Part shown: piece by piece, positions 15,426-23,626 of the stretch
Position numbering within the stretch: position 1 is the first letter of the stretch
How the letters are laid out: every line of letters begins with the position of its first letter
Virus record (IMG/VR): IMGVR_UViG_3300025280_000165
Location: 1 to 24,219 of that record
From: a virus
Lineage: Duplodnaviria > Caudoviricetes
DNA: 24,219 nucleotides
Direction: 5' to 3' (one strand)
Notes under the pieces: model-generated
The model's database searches: none
The model's input: only the letters and a program-made list of their open reading frames with translations
What the model was told of the DNA's origin: nothing
Program-made: the position numbers and the translations under genes

Positions 15426-15893
15426 ATGTATAAATATATATTATTAATTTTATTAACTATGTTATTCATAGCTTCAGCAAGTTACGCTGAAGATAACGAA
15501 GAGTATCATTGTTTAGTTGAAGCTATTTACTTTGAAGCTAGATCTGAATCTAAGATAGGGCAATTAGCGGTTGCCAATGTTATCTTAGAAAGAGTAAGAC
15601 ATGAGGATCATCCCGATACTATATGTAAAGTAGTACATGAATGGAAATATTATCCTCAATTACATAGATGTTCTTTCTCTTACTACTGTGATGGTAAGAA
15701 AGAGATTATGTATGAAAAAGAATCTCTTTCTAACGTCATGCATATAGCTACTCTTGCTTTAAAGGGAGCTGTAGTGGAAGATGTATGGGGATCTACTCAT
15801 TATCATAGTAGACATGTTGAACCATACTGGACAACCGATATGTTTTATATTGGTTTAATAGGTGAGCACCTATTTTATGATAGCACACATTAG
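15426..15893 (+). CDS. SleB-like cell wall hydrolase (Hydrolase_2) with signal peptide
   Basis: CLVEAIYFEARSE with catalytic Glu, GQLAVANVI, PDTICKVV, CSFSYYCDGK, GSTHYH, IGEHLFY; hydrophobic N-terminus ending ASYA. Confidence 0.9.
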   Translation: MYKYILLILLTMLFIASASYAEDNEEYHCLVEAIYFEARSESKIGQLAVANVILERVRHEDHPDTICKVVHEWKYYPQLHRCSFSYYCDGKKEIMYEKESLSNVMHIATLALKGAVVEDVWGSTHYHSRHVEPYWTTDMFYIGLIGEHLFYDSTH

Positions 15894-15894
15894 A

Positions 15895-16290
15895 ATGATA
15901 AGATATATTCATCAAGGACCAGCCAATGGTATTGGTTGGCAGGTGTATGTTAATGATTTACTAGGTAACCCATTGATATTGCGAGAGTTTATTAATGAGA
16001 GTGAAGCTATTACATATTGGAAAAAATTTAATAACGCAACAGGTAACGGTATGAATATAGAAAAAGAATTAAGACGTAACGTCAAAGAATTACAAGGACA
16101 ATTACAACGTGCTTATGAAAGGATTAAATTATTACAGAACGAAATTCATAATCAAAACAAACGGGAGTATTATAATGATCATTTCTCTAAACAAAATATG
16201 TCTGGGTGGGCTATGATGGAAGATCCTCCTGAATATTTAGAGAAGGGAAAGGATGAACTTCCATATCCTACAGATAAAGATAACGAATGA
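15895..16290 (+). CDS. Hypothetical protein with coiled coil
   Basis: Start revised to ATG 15895; ELRRNVKELQGQLQRAYERIKLLQ heptads. Confidence 0.65.
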   Translation: MIRYIHQGPANGIGWQVYVNDLLGNPLILREFINESEAITYWKKFNNATGNGMNIEKELRRNVKELQGQLQRAYERIKLLQNEIHNQNKREYYNDHFSKQNMSGWAMMEDPPEYLEKGKDELPYPTDKDNE

Positions 16291-16601
16291 TCAAAGAAGA
16301 TGCACTCCATTTAAGTCGCTCTAATTTTTTAGAAAAGTATGGAGATTATAATGAATGGCTTTATGATAAGGTACACGGCGAATTAATTCGACAGGTACTT
16401 AAAGAAAGTCTTGAAGCTATAAGAAGAGATAAAGAAAAGGAATATCTTATGAGTAAGGTAAAGGATTGGTTGATTGAAATGGAAGAAGATGCCGCTTACT
16501 TAACACTCCCTGAGTGGGTAGCAAAACACGGGAGCAGTCACCAAGATATATGGCATAGAATACAAGGTGATACAGAAGATCAATTTGAGATGGAGTTGTG
16601 A
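16287..16601 (+). CDS. Hypothetical protein with internal duplicated domain
   Basis: ATGA coupling; two similar ~30-aa segments; possible internal start at 16449. Confidence 0.7.
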   Translation: MIKEDALHLSRSNFLEKYGDYNEWLYDKVHGELIRQVLKESLEAIRRDKEKEYLMSKVKDWLIEMEEDAAYLTLPEWVAKHGSSHQDIWHRIQGDTEDQFEMEL

Positions 16602-16602
16602 T

Positions 16603-16794
16603 ATGACTACAAGTTTTATACAAAAGGAAAGACAAAGAATCTTTAGGGATTTAACAAGACAGTACCAACAAGAAGGCTATGCAACTAGAGAAGCAAAGCG
16701 AATAGCTAAAAGGGAAACCGATGATATCATGGCAGATAAAGAAACTTTTGTTGAGAATTTTGTACAAGATACGTGGGGTGAAATCGATGAGTGA
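16603..16794 (+). CDS. Hypothetical protein
   Basis: Start revised to ATG 16603 (GGAG RBS). Confidence 0.7.
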   Translation: MTTSFIQKERQRIFRDLTRQYQQEGYATREAKRIAKRETDDIMADKETFVENFVQDTWGEIDE

Positions 16795-17080
16795 AACTGT
16801 TATATGTGTGGAGTGGATTGATTCAGCTTCCTATGAAGATGGCAAGTGGAAAACAGAGGAAGAGAAAAATGAGTTGGTTCCTATGCGAATTAAGTCGTGT
16901 GGTATATTAGTAAATGAAGATAAACTATACGTAACTTTAGCTGGATCAATTAATAATGCTGATAAAGAAACTGAAGCACAGTATGGAGAGTTGATTAGTA
17001 TACCAAAGTTTGCTATTGTAAAACGGTGGAGTTTTCCACGTAGCTTTTTAGACGGCACATGGCCGGGACCGGGGGTATAA
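16787..17080 (+). CDS. Conserved small phage beta-barrel-type protein (VxVxWxDS family)
   Basis: Start revised to ATG 16787 (GGGGTG RBS); VEWIDSA..W..SCGILV..ISIPK pattern. Confidence 0.7.
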   Translation: MSETVICVEWIDSASYEDGKWKTEEEKNELVPMRIKSCGILVNEDKLYVTLAGSINNADKETEAQYGELISIPKFAIVKRWSFPRSFLDGTWPGPGV

Positions 17081-18705
17081 TGCAACAACAAAAATGGTTA
17101 GATCGTGGGCCTTGTCCTGAGTGTGGATCAAGTGATGCCAATGTAACACACTCAGCAGGATATTCTTATTGCTTTTCTTGTAAGACTAGGTTCGGATATA
17201 AGAATGAAAATATATTATCAATACCAAAGGTAAAGGTAAAACGTATGGCAACAACAGGTGAGTGGGGAGATATAACAGATCGTAATATCTCTATGGAAAC
17301 TGCAAAGAAATTTAATACTAAAGTTAAACGATCCGGTAATATAATTACTCATCACTTATATCATTACTATAATGATAAGGGTGATCATATAGGTAATAAG
17401 ATACGGCAGACTAAAGATAAAAAAATGTGGGTAGAAGGAGAGCTATCGAATGCTGTACTCTTTGGTCAGAATATATTTAATCAGAAGGCAAAGTATATAA
17501 CTATTTGTGAAGGTGAAGTAGATGCTATGGCAGCTTACGAACTTATGGGATCAAAGTGGCCTTCAGTTTCTATAAAAACCGGGGCGGCAGGGGCTTTAAG
17601 AGATTGTAAGGAAGCCTTTAATTATCTTGATAAGTATGACAACATAATCATATCCTTTGATATGGATAAGCAGGGACAAGAGGCCGCTGAAAAGGTAGCC
17701 CAATTGTTTGCTCCTAATAAATGTAAGATTATGAAGATGGAGCATAAGGATGCTAACGAATATCTAAAGATGAACCAAAGAGAATCATTCACCCAAGCAT
17801 GGTGGAATGCTAAATCCTATACACCTGCTGGTATTATTAATCTTAAAGATTTAGGTGATAAATTATTTGAGGAAGATTATTGTGAGACTTGTCTCTATCC
17901 TTGGCCTAAGATGAATGAGAAGACTTACGGAATGAGAACCGGGGAATTAATTACGTTCTGTTCCGGGTCGGGAATGGGAAAATCGTCCATCATACGAGAA
18001 CTTATGCACCACTTCTTACGTAACACAAAAGATAACATAGGTATACTAGCTCTTGAGGAAAGCATTAAGAATACGGCGTGGAATATTATGTCAGTGGAAG
18101 CGAGTGCTCGTTTATATATTAAAGAAATAAGAGAAGGCTTTACACCTGAACAGTTAAAGAAATTCCAAGAAGAAACTATTAACTCTGGTAGGTTCTTTGC
18201 CTTCGATCACTTTGGATCAGTAGATAATGACGAGATACTAGCAAGGGTTAGGTTTATGGCTCAAGCTCTTGATTGTAAATGGATTTGTTTGGATCACTTG
18301 AGTATACTTGTATCAGGTCAGGAAGATACAGATGAACGTAAGTCCATCGACATACTAATGACTAAGCTAAGATCTCTGGTGGAACAGACAGGTGTATGCT
18401 TGTTACTTGTATCCCATCTACGTAGACCTGCTGGTGATATAGGACATGAGGGTGGCAAAGAGGTGACACTTTCACACCTCAGAGGGTCAGCCAGCATCGG
18501 TCACTTGTCAGACGGGGTGATAGCTTTGGAAAGAAATCAACAGGATGACGATCCTATTATATCTAATACTACAACAATACGTATCCTAAAGAATAGATAT
18601 ACTGGTGATACAGGTATAGCTACTCACCTATTCTATGATAAAAATACTGGAAGAATGACAGAGATTGACAACCCCTTTACTGTAGGAGATAACAATGGGA
18701 ACTAA
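17080..18705 (+). CDS. T7 gp4-like DNA primase-helicase
   Basis: Zn finger CPEC/CFSC, TOPRIM EGEVDAM and DMD, Walker A SGSGMGKS, SF4 motifs DHL, VSHL, LRGS and KNR; start likely 17080 (TAATG overlap). Confidence 0.97.
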   Translation: MQQQKWLDRGPCPECGSSDANVTHSAGYSYCFSCKTRFGYKNENILSIPKVKVKRMATTGEWGDITDRNISMETAKKFNTKVKRSGNIITHHLYHYYNDKGDHIGNKIRQTKDKKMWVEGELSNAVLFGQNIFNQKAKYITICEGEVDAMAAYELMGSKWPSVSIKTGAAGALRDCKEAFNYLDKYDNIIISFDMDKQGQEAAEKVAQLFAPNKCKIMKMEHKDANEYLKMNQRESFTQAWWNAKSYTPAGIINLKDLGDKLFEEDYCETCLYPWPKMNEKTYGMRTGELITFCSGSGMGKSSIIRELMHHFLRNTKDNIGILALEESIKNTAWNIMSVEASARLYIKEIREGFTPEQLKKFQEETINSGRFFAFDHFGSVDNDEILARVRFMAQALDCKWICLDHLSILVSGQEDTDERKSIDILMTKLRSLVEQTGVCLLLVSHLRRPAGDIGHEGGKEVTLSHLRGSASIGHLSDGVIALERNQQDDDPIISNTTTIRILKNRYTGDTGIATHLFYDKNTGRMTEIDNPFTVGDNNGN

Positions 18706-19165
18706 GAAATTTGATAGAGAATTATATAATGTATCGGATACTCTTACAAAAGGGGTGATGGGTACATGGTTAGAAGAAGAAGGATATACATCTATAAATG
18801 ATAAAGAAAATTATGGAGTAGATATATCTTGTGAGAAAAATAAAACTAAATATTATTTTGAAACAGAGGTGAAGTATGGTTGGAAAGATAAGTGGCCTGA
18901 TACATGGAAAGAAGTTCGTATTCCCTATCGAAAGAAAAAGATTATAGATAAATGGATAAGGGAAGGAGCAGATGGATATTTAACTTTCGTAATATTTAGA
19001 AAGGATTGTAAACAGGCTTGGTTTATAGATGGTCATGTGGTAAACGTAAGCGAAGTTCGTTCTATTAATAATAGATATGTATCAGATGAAAAGTTCTATC
19101 ACATTAATATAGACGATGCTACATTAAAGGATATGGAAAATGGATCTAGTATCAGTAACAACTGA
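18695..19165 (+). CDS. PD-(D/E)XK-type nuclease-fold protein
   Basis: YGVD...FETEVK catalytic pattern; AGGAG RBS. Confidence 0.65.
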   Translation: MGTKKFDRELYNVSDTLTKGVMGTWLEEEGYTSINDKENYGVDISCEKNKTKYYFETEVKYGWKDKWPDTWKEVRIPYRKKKIIDKWIREGADGYLTFVIFRKDCKQAWFIDGHVVNVSEVRSINNRYVSDEKFYHINIDDATLKDMENGSSISNN

Positions 19166-19463
19166 GGCCAATAATCATCTATCAGATATTGTTAGCTCAG
19201 AGAATGCAATAGGTATAGAGCTTGGTGTTAAAGGTGGTGGTTGTGCTGGCTTTACATATCAATGGGATGTTTTGTTTGACATACCAGATCAACATGATAT
19301 AATTCCACTTAAGAAAGGTAAGTTATATATTAAGAAAGATGCAGGGGTTCTAATGATAAATACAACTATAGACTTTTCAAAGGGTATTAATGGTAACTAT
19401 ATTGTATTTAAAAATCCTAATGCTACATCTCAATGTGGATGTGGAGAAAGTTTTGGGATATGA
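19140..19463 (+). CDS. iscA: A-type Fe-S cluster carrier (HesB/IscA/ErpA family)
   Basis: GVKGGGCAGFTY and NPNATSQCGCGESF signatures with all three Cys intact. Confidence 0.95.
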   Translation: MDLVSVTTEANNHLSDIVSSENAIGIELGVKGGGCAGFTYQWDVLFDIPDQHDIIPLKKGKLYIKKDAGVLMINTTIDFSKGINGNYIVFKNPNATSQCGCGESFGI

Positions 19464-19666
19464 AATATAAAATGTGGGAACATATGTGTCCGGTGGAACA
19501 TACTATATTGTATGTAGGAAAGGGAGAGGAGTGTAACTGGTGTGGACAAGACGAGGAATATGAAAGTCGCAATCGTAGATATAGAAACAGATTCACTGCA
19601 ACCAACACTGATCCATTGCATAGTAGCAAAGGATCTACAGACATCACAAGTACTAGTGTGGGATAG
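19460..19666 (+). CDS. Small zinc-ribbon-like protein
   Basis: ATGA coupling to the iscA stop; WEHMCP...GEECNWCG; tail overlaps the polymerase start. Confidence 0.6.
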   Translation: MKYKMWEHMCPVEHTILYVGKGEECNWCGQDEEYESRNRRYRNRFTATNTDPLHSSKGSTDITSTSVG

Positions 19667-21197
19667 AAATAATCTAAATCAATTTAAAGATTGGTCTTTA
19701 TCTATTGATAGATTTGTTATGCATAATGGTATCTCGTTTGATGCTCCAGTTTTAAATAGATTATTGAATACTAATATAAAACTTAATCAAGTTATTGATA
19801 CTCTTATATTATCTCAGTTATTTAATCCTATTAGAGAAGGAGGTCATAGTTTATCTTCTTGGGGTGATAGATTAGGTCATCCTAAATGGGAGCAAGAAGA
19901 CTTTGCAGTATATACAAAAGATATGTTAGAGTATTGTAAGAATGATGTTGAAGTTACAGAAAATTTATATAAAGAACTCAGTAAAGAAAGAAGAAACTTT
20001 TCTTCATACTCTATTAAACTGGAACATAAGATTAGAGCTATCATAGATCAACAAGAACGAAATGGTTTTACTTTAAACATGGAGAAAGCCATCGGACTTT
20101 TAGCTAGGTTATCTGATGAAGCTAATCGTTTAGAGAATTGGGCCAAGAAAGAATTTGAACCAACAGTTGTTGAACTTAAAACTAAAACAAAATACATACC
20201 ATTTAATATAGGTTCCCGACAACAGATAGCCAATAGATTAGTAGAACGTGGCTGGAAACCTAAACGATTTACAGATAAAGGTAATGTGATTGTAAGTGAA
20301 GAGATTCTTGATAAAATTAATATGAAAGAAGCTGAACAATTTTCTAGATTCTTTCTATTACAAAAGAGAATAGCCCAAATACAATCATGGATTAATAGTT
20401 ACAACGATAGTACGGGTAGGGTACATGGCAGGGTGTTGACATTGAAAACTATCACTGGGCGTATGGCACATCATAGTCCTAACATTGCTCAGATACCAGC
20501 AGTACGTAGTCCCTTTGGTGCAGAGTGTAGAGATTGTTGGACTGTAGGTAATCCATACACACATACTCTAGTAGGTACAGATGCTTCTGGTTTAGAGTTA
20601 AGATGTCTTGCACATTTAATGAATGATAAGGACTATACAAATGAAATATTAAATGGTGATGTACATACCGCTAATATGAAAATGGCTGGCTTAAGCAATA
20701 GAGATCAAGCAAAAACTTTCATCTATGCCTTTTGTTATGGGGCAGGTGCAGAGAAAATTGGTAAGATTGTTGGAGGAGACAGACATAAGGGACAAGAGTT
20801 AATAGATAAATTCTTATCTAAACTTCCTGCCTTAAAGAGAGTACGTACTAAGGTACAGAAGGCAGCTGAAAGGGGGATGATCAAAGGAATTGATGGTCGT
20901 ACCTTACGAGTACGTAGTCCTCATTCAAGTCTTAACACTTTAATTCAAGGAGCAGGAGCAAGTATATGTAAAGAATGGTTAGTTAATATGACACAAAGAA
21001 TATCCAGTAGTGGAGTAGATGCTAAGTTAGTAGCTTCTATTCATGATGAGTATCAATTTGAAGTAGCTAAAGGAGACATACAAAAGTTTGGAAGTATAAC
21101 AAGAGAAGCAATTAAAGATACTGAACGTAAGTTAAAATTCAATTGTCCTCTAGATAGTACATGGAAAGACGGGGAAACTTGGACCATGACACATTAG
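19560..21197 (+). CDS. polA: Family A DNA polymerase with 3'-5' exonuclease
   Basis: Exo I DIET, Exo II HNGISFD, Exo III YCKND, motif A DASGLELR, motif B RDQAKTFIYAFCYG, motif C IHDE; start 19560 with GAGGA RBS. Confidence 0.98.
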   Translation: MKVAIVDIETDSLQPTLIHCIVAKDLQTSQVLVWDRNNLNQFKDWSLSIDRFVMHNGISFDAPVLNRLLNTNIKLNQVIDTLILSQLFNPIREGGHSLSSWGDRLGHPKWEQEDFAVYTKDMLEYCKNDVEVTENLYKELSKERRNFSSYSIKLEHKIRAIIDQQERNGFTLNMEKAIGLLARLSDEANRLENWAKKEFEPTVVELKTKTKYIPFNIGSRQQIANRLVERGWKPKRFTDKGNVIVSEEILDKINMKEAEQFSRFFLLQKRIAQIQSWINSYNDSTGRVHGRVLTLKTITGRMAHHSPNIAQIPAVRSPFGAECRDCWTVGNPYTHTLVGTDASGLELRCLAHLMNDKDYTNEILNGDVHTANMKMAGLSNRDQAKTFIYAFCYGAGAEKIGKIVGGDRHKGQELIDKFLSKLPALKRVRTKVQKAAERGMIKGIDGRTLRVRSPHSSLNTLIQGAGASICKEWLVNMTQRISSSGVDAKLVASIHDEYQFEVAKGDIQKFGSITREAIKDTERKLKFNCPLDSTWKDGETWTMTH

Positions 21198-21200
21198 GAC

Positions 21201-21229
21201 TTGACAGGTTATATAAAATATGAGAAACT
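21201..21229 (+). promoter_or_regulatory. Putative promoter for ssb
   Basis: Perfect TTGACA (21201-21206), 17 nt ending TGA, then weak -10 GAAACT. Confidence 0.45.
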
Positions 21230-21262
21230 ACATTTTTAAACACAGCAAAAGGAGCTAAAAAT

Positions 21263-21736
21263 ATGTCAGTAATTTCAGGAAATGCTTATTGGGCAGCGAT
21301 CACCAATCCAAATACTACCTTTGATCCCGATGGTACATGGACTATTGATGTTTGTAATCTTGATAAGAAAAACTTGGATACTATTAAGAAGGACGGTCTA
21401 ACTGTAAAGAATAAAGGTGATGATCGTGGAGATTTTATTACTATTAAACGTAAGGTACGTCGTAAGGATGGCTCCCTAAATCGTGCTCCTGATCTTGTGG
21501 ACGGTCAGAAAAGAACCATGACTCAGACTCTTATAGGTAATGGTTCTGAAGTTAATGTTCACTATACTACTTATGACTGGGAGTTCAAGGGTCGTGCTGG
21601 TGTTAGTGCTGATCTACGAGCAGTCCAAGTAGTTAATTTGATTCCTTATAATACAGAAGCGGATGAGGCTTTTGATGTTGTTGATGGTGGTTTTACCAGT
21701 GGTGAAGGGGATGAAGACATTCCCTTTGCTTCTTAA
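21263..21736 (+). CDS. ssb: Single-stranded DNA-binding protein (T7 gp2.5-like)
   Basis: WAAITNPNTTF, IGNGSEVNV, LRAVQVVNL and acidic tail GEGDEDIPFAS; AAGGAG RBS; follows the polymerase. Confidence 0.88.
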   Translation: MSVISGNAYWAAITNPNTTFDPDGTWTIDVCNLDKKNLDTIKKDGLTVKNKGDDRGDFITIKRKVRRKDGSLNRAPDLVDGQKRTMTQTLIGNGSEVNVHYTTYDWEFKGRAGVSADLRAVQVVNLIPYNTEADEAFDVVDGGFTSGEGDEDIPFAS

Positions 21737-21751
21737 CTTCTAACTAGGAGA

Positions 21752-21781
21752 GGGGAGAGGTGAAAGCCTCTCCCTATTCTT
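21752..21781 (+). terminator. GAAA-capped hairpin after ssb (weak terminator or 3' stabiliser)
   Basis: GGGGAGAGGT-GAAA-GCCTCTCCCT followed by ATTCTT. Confidence 0.65.
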
Positions 21782-21783
21782 AT

Positions 21784-22647
21784 ATGAAAACTATAAATAC
21801 ATTAGTCGAAGATATATATAATCTATTCAATGCTAAAGATTCTTCTTTAAGTGAAGAAGAAATATTTGAATGCATTGATGAGTTCGGAGATAATATAAAA
21901 GAACATCTTAGGTCAGCTTTATATGATCCAGCTGATCAAGGTAGAAATAATTTAAGATTGTCTGCTATAGGTAGACCGGATAGACAGATATGGTATGATG
22001 TTAATTTAAAAACAAAGGATGATCCAATAACTTCTTCTACTCGTATTAAGTTTTTATATGGTCATCTATTGGAAGAGTTACTTATAGCATTTACAAAATT
22101 GTCTGGTCACAAAGTAACAGATGCACAAAAAGAATTATATGTTGAAGGAGTAAAAGGACACCAAGACTGTGTGATAGATGGAGTTCTTGTAGATTGTAAG
22201 TCTACTTCTCCAAGAGGATTTGAAAAATTTGAGAAGGGAGACTTAGTTAAAGATGATCCCTTTGGTTATATAGCACAGATCTCAGCATACGCTGAAGGTA
22301 ATAATGTAGATGAGGCAGCTTTCTTAGCTATTAATAAGCAAAGTGGGGAGATATGTTTAGCTCCTGTTCATTCTTTAGAAATGATTAATGCAAAGGATAG
22401 AGTTAAGTATTTAAAATCTATTGTTAAATCTAAAGTTATGCCACCTAAATGTTTCAGTGATGTAAAAGATGGAGCCTCTGGAAATAAAAGATTAGGTACA
22501 TCTTGTATATACTGTAACCATAAAAGAGAATGCTGGAAGGATGCCAACAATGGAAAGGGATTACGTGTATTCGATTATGCCAGAGGATACAGGTATCTAA
22601 CTACAGTAGCCAAGCTGCCTGAAGTACCAGAGGTAGTTGATTGGTAG
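21784..22647 (+). CDS. PD-(D/E)XK exonuclease (Cas4/RecB-like)
   Basis: LRLSAIG..RQIWY, GHLLEE, GHQD..IDG..VDCKS, YIAQISAY and C-terminal CIYCNHKREC; start revised to 21784. Confidence 0.9.
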   Translation: MKTINTLVEDIYNLFNAKDSSLSEEEIFECIDEFGDNIKEHLRSALYDPADQGRNNLRLSAIGRPDRQIWYDVNLKTKDDPITSSTRIKFLYGHLLEELLIAFTKLSGHKVTDAQKELYVEGVKGHQDCVIDGVLVDCKSTSPRGFEKFEKGDLVKDDPFGYIAQISAYAEGNNVDEAAFLAINKQSGEICLAPVHSLEMINAKDRVKYLKSIVKSKVMPPKCFSDVKDGASGNKRLGTSCIYCNHKRECWKDANNGKGLRVFDYARGYRYLTTVAKLPEVPEVVDW

Positions 22648-23078
22648 ATCATCATTGGCTAAAGTTTGGTAGTCGTAAAAAGTTTAAGCCGAATGTAGAT
22701 AAATTCGGATTTGTCTATGTAATTACTAATCGTCAAACAGGTAAAGCATACATAGGATGTAAACAGTATATGGTTAAAGGTAAGTTTGGAGATAAACAAT
22801 CTAACTGGAAAACATATACTGGTTCATCCAAATGGTTGAATGAAGATATAGATAAAATAGGAAAGAAAAAATTTAAGTTTGAAATCATAGCTGAATATAA
22901 AAATAGACGTAGCCTTAGATATTATGAACTATACTATCAGATGAAGTATAATGTTCTAGCTACTACGCTAGAAGGAACAGATGAACCAGCTTACTATAAT
23001 TCAAGAGTAGGTGGTAAGTTCTATCGTCCGGTTGAAAGTTATAAAGATCCAGAAAATGTACAAACCAAAGAAAAATGA
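22641..23078 (+). CDS. GIY-YIG family endonuclease
   Basis: GFVYVITN...YIGCK, YTGSS, FKFEII, ELYYQ and YYN motifs; no C-terminal DNA-binding repeats. Confidence 0.85.
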   Translation: MVDHHWLKFGSRKKFKPNVDKFGFVYVITNRQTGKAYIGCKQYMVKGKFGDKQSNWKTYTGSSKWLNEDIDKIGKKKFKFEIIAEYKNRRSLRYYELYYQMKYNVLATTLEGTDEPAYYNSRVGGKFYRPVESYKDPENVQTKEK

Positions 23079-23382
23079 AGATATATTTATCGATCCTATA
23101 GTTCAGTTTGAAAGAAAAGAACCTGAACGTAGATTATATTTGGCTATTATATTACAAGCTCTGTTAGATGCTACCAATAAAACAAATATAGTAGTAAAGG
23201 ATAGAGCAAGAGCATGGTTCTTCTGTAGTGTCGGAGTAACGTGTGAAAATTTTGAGTTTATATGTGACAATGCTAATGTAGATACAAATTCTGTAAGAGG
23301 ATTTGCTTACGAAGTTATTAATAAAAAACAGGAATCAAATTTTAGATATAGAATTTATCAGATATTATCTGATAACAAATAG
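23056..23382 (+). CDS. Conserved hypothetical phage protein
   Basis: PERRLYLAIILQALLDA...ARAWF...FEFICDNA helical pattern; start uncertain. Confidence 0.7.
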   Translation: MYKPKKNEDIFIDPIVQFERKEPERRLYLAIILQALLDATNKTNIVVKDRARAWFFCSVGVTCENFEFICDNANVDTNSVRGFAYEVINKKQESNFRYRIYQILSDNK

Positions 23383-23392
23383 GAGCATTTGA

Positions 23393-23626
23393 ATGTCAGC
23401 TACCAAATACCAAATAGGGGGTAATCATTATAGTAGTTTAAAAATACAACCGACAGAATATATCATAGCTAATAATCTTAGCTGGTGTGAAGGTAATGCA
23501 GTAAAGTATATTACTAGACATCGTATAAAGGGTGAAGGTAAAGATGATTTATTAAAAGCTAAACATTATATTGACTTATGTATTGAATTTGAATATGGGG
23601 AGAATAGTGATGGGACTACCGACTGA
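23393..23626 (+). CDS. DUF3310 (T7 gp1.7 nucleotide kinase/SaV-like) protein
   Basis: QIGGNHY, IQPTEYI, EGNAVKYITR and DLLKAKHYI; AGGAG RBS. Confidence 0.9.
   Translation: MSATKYQIGGNHYSSLKIQPTEYIIANNLSWCEGNAVKYITRHRIKGEGKDDLLKAKHYIDLCIEFEYGENSDGTTD

Noticed and set aside
8397-22550. Minus-strand ORFs in the plus arm (8397-8585, 11121-11342, 15119-15319, 16447-16635, 16831-17091, 19423-19647, 19430-19621, 20048-20233, 22368-22550)
   Set aside because: Antisense to a tightly coupled plus-strand operon, with no supporting motifs.
22641-23078. Mobile homing endonuclease or intron
   Set aside because: Only the catalytic GIY-YIG domain is present, neighbouring genes are uninterrupted and there is no intron-like non-coding flank.
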